Part shown: positions 9,325-17,546 of the stretch, piece by piece | Layout: every line of letters starts with the position of its first letter | Position numbering within the stretch: the first letter of the stretch is position 1 | Assembly (NCBI GenBank): GCA_963801165.1 | Contig: CAWDDT010000005.1 | Coordinates: forward strand, 544,001-608,000 | DNA length: 64,000 nucleotides | Reading direction: 5' to 3' | From: an uncultured bacterium | Lineage (GTDB): Bacteria > Actinomycetota > Acidimicrobiia > Spongiisociales > UBA5794 | Notes under the pieces: model-generated | The model's input: only the letters and a program-made list of their open reading frames with translations | Database searches by the model: none | What the model was told of the DNA's origin: nothing | Program-made: the position numbers and the translations under genes

Positions 9325-10300
9325 CAGACGCGATGCAGAGCTTGATGCTGCGGTACGCTCGCTTGTGGGCGATATCGTCCCCACCGATGCCGAACTCGCA
9401 TCGGTGCGCTCGCGACTTGAGGCCGCAATATACGAGGAACGCTACCGGCGCAAGGCTGGAGTTAGTTGGCGATACGCGTGGGCAGCGGGGGTTGTTGCGG
9501 TAGCTCTCGTTGTGACCGGTGCTGTCCTGTGGGCACGACCAGCGCCCCTGCAAGCCGCGCTCGCCGAATACGCCGAGATACTCCTCCAACAGGAACCGCT
9601 GCAACCACAAGCAGGCCAGTTCATCTACCAGGAATCCCACACCACCCAGCTGGCAGTGGTCGACGGATCAGAGCTACCCGACCTTGACGTAGAACAGATC
9701 GCATATCTGATCGTTGGAGAACGGCAGGTCTGGGTTGGTGCCGACAACACCATCGAGCTCGCCATAACCCCAACCGGAGTGGAGTTCTTCTCTGACGAGG
9801 CAGCCGCCGCCTACCAACATGCCGGGCTGGCAGAACTCGACGGTATCGGTGTTACCACCACCGTCACCCAACAATCGCAACTCTTCCCTGACCTGCCCCA
9901 AACACCAGAAGAACTCGAGCAATACCTCCGCGAACAGGCCCGTCTCGGAGGAGGCGTGCTGTCCGAGGACGAACACCTCTTCAACCTCCTAGCGGCGGTC
10001 CTCGCCGATCCCACCATCCCAAACAGCTCGAAAGCTGCCGCCGCAGATGTGATCGGCACCATCAAGGGCGTGAAACTCGTGGAACGGACCGACAGCCATA
10101 TCACTCTGGCGTTGGAGTACACCGACCTCGGTCAGGTGCAACGAACCCTCACTCTCGATCTCACCGCTCCCCAACTCGCATCCGACACGACCGAGCTTCT
10201 CGGTGCCCTCGACGAACTCGACATACCGACTGGGACCATCATCGACGAGACACACTACGAGCCGTCGATCACCACAACATCCGGTTTCCCACCGAGGTAG
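9305..10300 (+). CDS. Putative membrane anti-sigma factor (CU044_5270-like)
   Basis: Overlaps sigma stop; short cytoplasmic N-terminus, one TM helix (WAAGVVAVALVVTGAVLW), extracellular domain with GQFIY, LPQTPEEL and KAAAADVI motifs. Confidence 0.78.
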   Translation: MDAEMNSRRDAELDAAVRSLVGDIVPTDAELASVRSRLEAAIYEERYRRKAGVSWRYAWAAGVVAVALVVTGAVLWARPAPLQAALAEYAEILLQQEPLQPQAGQFIYQESHTTQLAVVDGSELPDLDVEQIAYLIVGERQVWVGADNTIELAITPTGVEFFSDEAAAAYQHAGLAELDGIGVTTTVTQQSQLFPDLPQTPEELEQYLREQARLGGGVLSEDEHLFNLLAAVLADPTIPNSSKAAAADVIGTIKGVKLVERTDSHITLALEYTDLGQVQRTLTLDLTAPQLASDTTELLGALDELDIPTGTIIDETHYEPSITTTSGFPPR

Positions 10301-10771
10301 TAGAGAGGAACTTTCTGCCCAAAGGTGCAATGCCGCTTGCTCGGCAATTGTCGGCCGGGCGGCTGCGGCGATCAGAATGTGTTGGCAACGCGTTGGTACA
10401 GTCTTTCGTTGTTCACCCAGCGTCTCCATCCGTTGCCGGTGGGGTCCGGAAGTGGCATGACCTCGACTCGGGGGTTCTCCGACAATCTGATGATCGCGGG
10501 GTACCTGCTGCATGTCCTCGACGACCGCCGAGCGACCTGGTCTAGATTCGATAAGCAGCAATCCGGAATCACGGGTCGTGGACAGCAGAGCACACGTTCG
10601 AGGGCTTGCGCAGCCACGTGCCGCAGAGCCTCCACACTCTCAGGACGATTCCGGGGCCGCGCCGCCTTTCGTTGCCGCTGCGAGCGCGGCGGTTGTGGAA
10701 CAGCTGATATGTTCCGCTCGGTGGCAATACCCATACCCGGGGGCGGCGGCTTCGTGAGAATGGCTACCGTC

Positions 10772-11926
10772 CTAGCCGTGGCTTGCGCTCGCGCGATTCA
10801 GCTCCCACACTGTCACTCCATCGTGGTCAATGACGCCAATGTAGGGATCGCCGGACACCGGGTCGAGTCCCAGACTGTTCGGTGTACCCGGGTTCCGGCC
10901 CCCAAATGGATCCGGTATCGGAAGTGCGCGCACAAGGTTCCCAGACCGATCGATTTCTACGTAGGCGCCTATTCCAACTTCCTCGTTGATCTCGGAGAAT
11001 CCAGCCAGCAGCAGATGCAGCGAACCCTGGCGATCGGCGATCACCTCTACAACCGCAAAGACATCTCCACCATCGATCGACGTCATCTCGAGATCGACCA
11101 ACATGGCTGGCTGTGCGTCCGGGAGTGACATACGAACAACTGCGGGATTGCTGGGGTCGGCGGCAAGGCGATAGCGGGAGCCTGCCGGGGTCCGCAGATA
11201 GTCAACCGCCTCGGCAACGAGCGCCCCGTCTTCTATCGCAACCGCAAAGAATCGGGACCCGAGCGTTTCACGTCCAAATACGACATCGCCGTCGTTGTTG
11301 ATGAGGCTCAACAGCCTGTCGCTTTCCTGGTAGGTGATGCGATTGCCAATGATTGTCGCCAAACGCATGTTCGTGGATGAGGCAATAGCGGTCCCGTCGC
11401 TGAGTATCTGCAAACCGGAGAGGGGAGCTTCGTGGGCAATGTCTACCGAATCGAAGAAAGATCCGTCGCGTCCGTACCGGGCGATTCGATCCTTGTAGTT
11501 ATCGAGTATCCACCACCGGCCGAGGAGGTCAAGCGCCACCGGCAGTTCGGGACCCCACGGCTCGTTGACGGAATCCCCGTTCCCGAGCAAGGACTCGTCG
11601 CTCCCATAGCCAAGCGACAGCGCCACTTGCCAATCCTCCGCGAGCGAGAACGGCGTGAGGGAAACGTCATAGTGACGAGTAATCGGATCGAGGCCTACCG
11701 TTGCGGGCGCGACAGTAGTTGTCGAGGTGGTAGTTGGTTCGTCGATTCCGACGTTCTGTGTGGGAACCGTTGATGACCCGGTGTCCTGTATGGCTCCCGT
11801 CGAGCGGGAGGTTCCGGGAGGCACCGGTGGCTCGCTGGTCTCGCTGCACCCAGCGAGACCAGCGAGGACCACGACGAATACCAACCCGAGCTTGAGCGTC
11901 AACTGCAAGTGCCGTCCCAAAGACAT
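10772..11926 (-). CDS. Lipoprotein with NHL-like beta-propeller
   Basis: Lipobox LAGC, Thr linker; GYGSDESLLG...WGPELPVALDLLGRWWILDNYKDRI is paralogous to a segment of 12567-14036. Confidence 0.78.
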   Translation of the reverse strand: MSLGRHLQLTLKLGLVFVVVLAGLAGCSETSEPPVPPGTSRSTGAIQDTGSSTVPTQNVGIDEPTTTSTTTVAPATVGLDPITRHYDVSLTPFSLAEDWQVALSLGYGSDESLLGNGDSVNEPWGPELPVALDLLGRWWILDNYKDRIARYGRDGSFFDSVDIAHEAPLSGLQILSDGTAIASSTNMRLATIIGNRITYQESDRLLSLINNDGDVVFGRETLGSRFFAVAIEDGALVAEAVDYLRTPAGSRYRLAADPSNPAVVRMSLPDAQPAMLVDLEMTSIDGGDVFAVVEVIADRQGSLHLLLAGFSEINEEVGIGAYVEIDRSGNLVRALPIPDPFGGRNPGTPNSLGLDPVSGDPYIGVIDHDGVTVWELNRASASHG

Positions 11927-12570
11927 CCTCCCCAGCGACGTACGCCGGTGAAGGACGAATCACCTCGGTAGGTCCTGACCCATAACCCGGTGCCATCCGC
12001 CTCGCCCTTGGCTTCGATGATGTTGTCGGTGTTCCAGGTCGATGTTGTGGAGTAGATCATCCCAATATGCGAACTCGAAGCCAGCGCATCCATGTAGATG
12101 GTTGACGCCTTGCTGATCTGAGACAGATTTGGGCCGTCTCCTGCTTTGAATTCCGAGGCTGTAAAGGCCCCGTGGATGTTTCTGAGTTGCGGCCAGTATC
12201 TGTATCCGGTCGACGTTTCATTGTCAACCAGAGCCCAAGATTTGAATGTGAATCCCGAGCAATCGCCGCCCTCGCCATGCGTACTCGCAGTCTTAACGGG
12301 ATCGCCGGGTTGGTCATCGATGTTGTTGTTGTTCCAACAGCCGCCGTACCAGTGATACCCCTCATAGCGAGCCACATAGGAGTAGCTGCGAGCAGACGAG
12401 CGATTCCAGGACGAAAGGCTGTAGTCCGTATCCGTGTTGCAGTTGTCCCAGAAGCCATGGGCCGCTGCCTCGGGCGCGTCGATCGCGCTAACGGCAATAA
12501 GCCCCACGAGGAGACCAACGAAGAATCGGACGATGTGGAGGCGCCCGATGTAGCGAATGTGGTGTGTCAT
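11899..12570 (-). CDS. Secreted NlpC/P60-like cell-wall peptidase
   Basis: Signal peptide ending AAA; GGDCSGF (Cys), SHIGMIY (His), IIEAKG (third residue). Confidence 0.78.
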   Translation of the reverse strand: MTHHIRYIGRLHIVRFFVGLLVGLIAVSAIDAPEAAAHGFWDNCNTDTDYSLSSWNRSSARSYSYVARYEGYHWYGGCWNNNNIDDQPGDPVKTASTHGEGGDCSGFTFKSWALVDNETSTGYRYWPQLRNIHGAFTASEFKAGDGPNLSQISKASTIYMDALASSSHIGMIYSTTSTWNTDNIIEAKGEADGTGLWVRTYRGDSSFTGVRRWGGCLWDGTCS

Positions 12571-14036
12571 GACAAGCCTCCAATCTCGAAACGTGCAATC
12601 CAGAATCCAAGTTCATCGTTGCGCAGCTGGTAGAGGCCATTGGGACCAACCTCGAATCGTCCCAGCACCGAGCTGTCCGCCCACCGTGAAGCGTCGACTG
12701 CGAAATGCTCCGTTGACCCATCAGCGTTCAGCACAATGACCTCGAAGACGGCGTCGTTGTCGGTCCAAGTCCGGATGACGACCAGCAAGCGCCCGTTGAC
12801 AATCTCGGCTAGCTGAACTTCGCCGATTTCCCGGTCACTTGTGATACTCCACACAGATCGAATTGAACCCCCACTGATGAGAGCGAAGAGCGCGTGGTCG
12901 CTGTCGGCTGACACGACAAGCTGAGGTTCGGCCAGATCAATCGAGCCGGTCGCCAGCGCACCGTCAGACTCTGACGTGACTCCCGCCTCAGCGCTGGTTA
13001 CCTCAACGAGTCCGCCGATTTGAGCAGCGTCCCTGGTTCTCAAAGGTACTCCAACCGGTGCATTCTCGAGCTGGTCTGGTCGAGCAACCGGTGTGGCATC
13101 GTAAAACGTCGTTGCCCACACACTCCTCGTAGCATCGTGGAGTACCACGCTAGAGTCGATCGCTTCGAGCTTCTCCGGAAGAACATCAGCGAGGAAGCTG
13201 GTCGAGAGGAGCGCGCCTCCCGGGTCGTATGCGGTGATCTTCGGATGGATGCCCGCGCCACCATCGAGAACGAAACGCGTCCCGTCGTCACCTATCGCCA
13301 GATCGGCCAATCCTCCTGTGTGCTCAATAGTCTGAACCTCCGGAGTGCTCGCGCCGCTTGACCACGTGAGCAAGCGGCCGTTAACGCGGTCCAAGACGAC
13401 CAAGGCACCATCGGGATCGAATGCGAACGCGGCTGGACCCTGAACATCTGATTCGTGGCCACCGGTGACACCAAACTCGTTAATCCCATCACCCCATCCT
13501 CCTGAGACGATGATCTCTTCTGGCGGAGTAGCTGATGGGGATGCGGGTAGATGGGTATGGACAGCCGTGCTGTAGCTCCACGCTTCGTGAAACAGGTCAC
13601 GCCGATCCGGTACGCGCACTGTCTCTCCAGTTGCAGTGTTTGAGATTTCCGCGTAGTACTGGAAGCCGTTGTCGGTCACCTGTGGCGGGATGGTTGCTTC
13701 GAGGATAGGGGGGTACTCCCCGGGCTCAAGACTGATTCTCTGGAACGAGTCTGACCCTTGGCTCCTTACGAACACGAAGCCTTCGACGTCACACAGCATG
13801 TCACCGCGTTCGAATGCCTCTTCATCCCAAGCGCAGACAGTGTCATACACAAGCGAGACCGGCTCACCTCGTTCGACCAATACCGGCTGCTTGTGAAACG
13901 CCTGGAATCCTTCCGTTGATGTCGCCAGTCCACGGCTCTGGCCGATGACAATCAAACCTCCTACAGTGACCCCGAGGGCTAGGCCCACTGTCGCGGGCCA
14001 CCGCACGAGTCTCGAGAAAAGCTGTCCCTTGCGCAC
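12567..14036 (-). CDS. Secreted/membrane-anchored protein with NHL-like beta-propeller
   Basis: GGAGG SD then GTG 14036 (track start 14057); N-terminal TM; GGWGDGINEFG...QGPAAFAFDPDGALVVLDRVNGRL. Confidence 0.78.
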   Translation of the reverse strand: MRKGQLFSRLVRWPATVGLALGVTVGGLIVIGQSRGLATSTEGFQAFHKQPVLVERGEPVSLVYDTVCAWDEEAFERGDMLCDVEGFVFVRSQGSDSFQRISLEPGEYPPILEATIPPQVTDNGFQYYAEISNTATGETVRVPDRRDLFHEAWSYSTAVHTHLPASPSATPPEEIIVSGGWGDGINEFGVTGGHESDVQGPAAFAFDPDGALVVLDRVNGRLLTWSSGASTPEVQTIEHTGGLADLAIGDDGTRFVLDGGAGIHPKITAYDPGGALLSTSFLADVLPEKLEAIDSSVVLHDATRSVWATTFYDATPVARPDQLENAPVGVPLRTRDAAQIGGLVEVTSAEAGVTSESDGALATGSIDLAEPQLVVSADSDHALFALISGGSIRSVWSITSDREIGEVQLAEIVNGRLLVVIRTWTDNDAVFEVIVLNADGSTEHFAVDASRWADSSVLGRFEVGPNGLYQLRNDELGFWIARFEIGGLS

Positions 14037-14066
14037 AATTCCTCCATTCCTCGACAACGTTGATGT

Positions 14067-14094
14067 CTTTGCCGTGAATCGTCGACTGGTTCAC
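14067..14094 (-). promoter_or_regulatory. Putative ECF promoter motif A for the propeller-NlpC/P60 operon
   Basis: Minus strand CCGTGAACC-N16-CAAAG, about 30 nt upstream of the 14036 start; both halves identical to the 8081-8110 copy. Confidence 0.65.
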
Positions 14095-14175
14095 GGATCT
14101 CATCTCCAAGCGAAGCCTCTCGGCGCGGCCAGAGGAGATCGGGACGAGCGGGCAGGTGACGCTCTGCGGTCGTGA

Positions 14176-16836
14176 TCAAGGATGAATGTCGAGGCCACAC
14201 TCATGTCCATGTTCATGGTCAATGGCCGCCGGTCGCATCCGGCTGCGGGCGAACATTGCGGAAACGTCATCAGCTCCGGGTTGCCGTGTTCGGTGGGTGA
14301 GGTGGGTGCATTCTTCCCGGCCGGGTTCGCGGGTGGCAAGGTAGAGGGTGTTGGCGTTGCGCCCCCGGCTGAGGGCGACGTAGGCCCATTCCCGGTCGGT
14401 GGTTCCGGTGATGACGGTGAAGGTACGTCCGGTCGTGATGCCTTGGGCTTTGTGGGCGGTGAGGGCGTATCCGTACCCGACATTCCCGTCGGTGAGACAC
14501 CAACCCGGAAGCTCTCGGGTTTCGGGGTCTCGGTCGAGACGAACCGTAACGGTTCCGGCTTTCTGGTCGACGGCGGTGATGGTGCCGAGGTCGCCGTTGA
14601 GGACATCGAGGTGGTGTTGGTTTCGGCGGCAGAGGATCCGGTCACCGGCCTGGAGAACCACGCCCGACGCTTCGTGTGTGGGTCCGTGGAGGCGTCCGGA
14701 GGTGGCGAGGTGCTGGCGTGCCTTTTCGTTGAGTTCGGTGACGGTGTCGTTGTCGTGGGCTAGGAGCATTGCCGAAGCGATGTCACCCGCTCTCTGGACG
14801 TGCCGGTACCAGTCGCTGCTCGCTTGTGCAATCGTGTCGGTGCGGGTGCGTCCGAGGATGAGGCGCCGATGCTCGGCATAGGCTTGCATTGCTTGTTGTA
14901 CTGATCCGTTGCGGAGCTCGTCGAGTGCTTGGCGTTCCCAGGCCGCCTGTTGACGAACGTTGTCGGTGAGTTCGACGGCTGGTAGCCGGTTGGCGAGGGC
15001 ACGGAATAGGCCGCCAGCGTCGATCTCGGGGAGTTGCTTGTAGTCCCCGATCAGGATCAGTTTCCCTTGTGCTTGTTCGACCAGGTCGACGACGGCGGCG
15101 AGTTGCCGGGTGCCGACCATGCCGGCCTCGTCCACAACCACAACAACACCGGTAGGAAGGCCGGACCCGTGGAGGAGCCGGGCGAGGGTGGTGGAGGGGA
15201 CGCCGGTGTCGGTTTGTAGGCCGGCTGCGGTGCGGGCGGCAAGCGCGGCACCGATGATGGGTCGTCTGGTGAGTTGGGCGAGTTGGTTGATGACGGCGAC
15301 GACTGCTGTTTTGCCGCTGCCGGCGGGGCCGATACCGATGTCGATGCTGTTGCCGGAGGTTGCGAAGCTGCGCACCATCTGGCGTTGCCCTTCGGTGAGT
15401 TCCGGTCTGTGCCGTAGCCAGGTTTCCACGAGACGCCGGGGTGCCTGCCAGCGGCCCTGACCTACACCGGCCATTGCGTATTCGATGATCCGCTGTTCGG
15501 TGGCGAGGAGTTCTGCGGTGGTGTAGCTGGGCAGCGCTGGCGCGGGGAACGGCGCACCGTCACGGGTTCGCATCGCAATCACCGCTCCCTCGACGAGTTC
15601 TCGATCCTCCGGCTCGGCGGGCGAATCCGCCTCGTCCCCGGTAGCGGGTTCGAGTTGAGGGCCGGGTAGCAGTGGGATGATGTCACGGCCGGTGAGGAAT
15701 GAGTTGGCGAGGGTCTCGATCTCAGCCCGGGTGCCACCCTCGGGGAGTGCCGCGGCGATGTGTTGGATGACTTCTGGTGTGGCGAATGTCGACCTGTGGG
15801 CGGTGAGCCCGTCTGGTGACGCCAGATCCGCAAACAACGCTCCCACATCTGGTGTGGTGACCCGTCTGCTGCGATCGACGATCCGACTGATCCTCTCCGG
15901 AGTGAGACCCACCTTTGCGGCTCGTCGCTGCCAGACCGCTTCCAGCTCGTCGAGGGGACGGTTGGTCTTGGTCGTGCGGGTGGCGATCACCGCCACCTGC
16001 CGCGCCGCCGCCGTATCCGGAAGACCCTCTTCCTGTCGCCAGGCTTCGAGCTGTCGACGCCGCTGGGAGAACGCTTCGATCTGGGTACGGGTGAACCCGG
16101 CAATATCGGCGACACCGTGATGTACCGGCTGCCACCGCACCCCGAGCCGGTCCGTGAGCTCCCGGCGCAACACTGCCTCATGCAGGTAGCCGGCGGCGAG
16201 CTGATGCCGATACAACAGTCGACCGTCGATAGTCCGCCACACCCCATCGACGCCGTTGACCGTGTTGGCAACGACGACATGGGTGTGTAGCTGCGGGTCG
16301 TCGGCCCGTGACGTGTATTCGGTGAACGCCGCCGCCACATACCCCGACGTCGCGATCGGCCAGGTCTCTACCCGATACCTCGGTCGCCCATCCGGGCCAC
16401 GAACCCGATTTCCGTTCTCGTCGACGACCGGTGTCTTGGTGGCGCCACGAGTGTCGGATGCCACCGACTCCAGATAGCTGAAAGCCTGTGACGTTGCCTC
16501 GCCGAACGCCTCCAGGACCTCTTTGCGGGTGAGTTCGTCACCCAGCGCCCACAACAGCGACACCGACTTGTCCGCCGAGAAGGTCACATCCCACGCCGCC
16601 ACCCCGTCCGTGCGGAGACGACGCCCCAACTGCTCACCGGTGCCGGGATGGTTCCCGTCGAACAGCCGCACCAGACCCTCCGCCGACACACTGCCCGCAA
16701 GGCCCAACTCGGCGGCTCCCGACCCGCACCAACGACCGGTGGCGGTGCCGCCGCGCAGGTAGTAGTCCTCCCGCGGTGAGATCTCACCCAGCTTCTGCAG
16801 GTAATAGTCCTTGACCGCCTTCGCCAGACTCAACAC
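14176..16836 (-). CDS. MobF (TrwC/TraI-like) relaxase with C-terminal helicase
   Basis: N-terminal DYY..DYY tyrosines, DVTFSADKSVS, TSRADDPQLHTH (HUH), Walker A GPAGSGKT, VVDEAGM, YALTAHKAQG. Confidence 0.95.
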   Translation of the reverse strand: MLSLAKAVKDYYLQKLGEISPREDYYLRGGTATGRWCGSGAAELGLAGSVSAEGLVRLFDGNHPGTGEQLGRRLRTDGVAAWDVTFSADKSVSLLWALGDELTRKEVLEAFGEATSQAFSYLESVASDTRGATKTPVVDENGNRVRGPDGRPRYRVETWPIATSGYVAAAFTEYTSRADDPQLHTHVVVANTVNGVDGVWRTIDGRLLYRHQLAAGYLHEAVLRRELTDRLGVRWQPVHHGVADIAGFTRTQIEAFSQRRRQLEAWRQEEGLPDTAAARQVAVIATRTTKTNRPLDELEAVWQRRAAKVGLTPERISRIVDRSRRVTTPDVGALFADLASPDGLTAHRSTFATPEVIQHIAAALPEGGTRAEIETLANSFLTGRDIIPLLPGPQLEPATGDEADSPAEPEDRELVEGAVIAMRTRDGAPFPAPALPSYTTAELLATEQRIIEYAMAGVGQGRWQAPRRLVETWLRHRPELTEGQRQMVRSFATSGNSIDIGIGPAGSGKTAVVAVINQLAQLTRRPIIGAALAARTAAGLQTDTGVPSTTLARLLHGSGLPTGVVVVVDEAGMVGTRQLAAVVDLVEQAQGKLILIGDYKQLPEIDAGGLFRALANRLPAVELTDNVRQQAAWERQALDELRNGSVQQAMQAYAEHRRLILGRTRTDTIAQASSDWYRHVQRAGDIASAMLLAHDNDTVTELNEKARQHLATSGRLHGPTHEASGVVLQAGDRILCRRNQHHLDVLNGDLGTITAVDQKAGTVTVRLDRDPETRELPGWCLTDGNVGYGYALTAHKAQGITTGRTFTVITGTTDREWAYVALSRGRNANTLYLATREPGREECTHLTHRTRQPGADDVSAMFARSRMRPAAIDHEHGHECGLDIHP

Positions 16837-17017
16837 GAGACACCGCCTGAAGCAACTGGTTGCAGATGCGTGTGTCGATCAGGCCGTCGGTACAGTCGAA
16901 GCGGTACGAGTGCCGTGGCGACGATTGCGGTCGTGCCTGCTCGAGGCTGGTCGCAGACGGATCTTCCGCAAAGGTTCGGGTCTGGCCAGAGTCTCATAGC
17001 TCCGACTAGACACCCTG

Positions 17018-17192
17018 ACCCTCTCACCAGAGTCTCAAAAACCCTCCACAAATCCTGTCCAAAACCCTGTCAACCGATCCCGGCCGGCCCGCCACCAAGA
17101 AAAACCTCACCCGCCGAAATCGCCCGCCAAATCGGCGTTTCCGACCCAATGACAGGTCCAAGTGCAGCGAAATGGGACTCTGGTGAGAGGGT
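17018..17192. repeat. 20-bp inverted repeat between the divergent relaxase and xis-int genes
   Basis: ACCCTCTCACCAGAGTCTCA (17018-17037) vs reverse complement of 17173-17192 (1 mismatch); partial copy CCAGAGTCTCA at 16986-16996. Confidence 0.8.
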
Positions 17193-17211
17193 TGGACTTC
17201 ATGCTCAGAGG

Positions 17212-17412
17212 ATGGAACGTCTCGATCGGCTCCTCACTGTCCAAGAACTCGCCAACTACCTCGGAGTGCCCGTATCGACCATCTACGCGTGGCGATACCG
17301 ACACGAAGGTCCACCCGGCTTTCGCGTCGGTCGACACGTGCGCTTCCGGCGGAGCGACGTCGAACGGTGGCTCAACGATCAGCTCGACAAGGTTCGAGGA
17401 CAAAGAACTTGA
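17212..17412 (+). CDS. Excisionase-like helix-turn-helix protein
   Basis: MERLDRLLTVQELANYLGVPVSTIYAWRYRHEGPPGFRVGRHVRFRRSDVERWL, directly upstream of the integrase. Confidence 0.9.
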   Translation: MERLDRLLTVQELANYLGVPVSTIYAWRYRHEGPPGFRVGRHVRFRRSDVERWLNDQLDKVRGQRT

Positions 17413-17546
17413 AGAAGTGCCGGGGGCAATAGGCGAAGTCGGTGGTAGTTCTGACAGTCGCCTGCAACTTGCATGGCGATCTTGAGGGTGGCGCCACCTC
17501 GGACATGGGGGTACGGTCGGCGGAGGAGCTCCAGGAGGTAGACGAC

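Noticed and set aside
10325-10770. Possible gene or methyltransferase remnant between the anti-sigma and the lipoprotein (..MIAGYLLHVLDD..)
   Set aside because: Similarity too short and no coherent ORF with a start signal; cannot be supported without a search.
11265-11280. GTTTCACGT as a parS site
   Set aside because: Only half of the GTTTCACGTGAAAC palindrome is present, inside a cargo gene.
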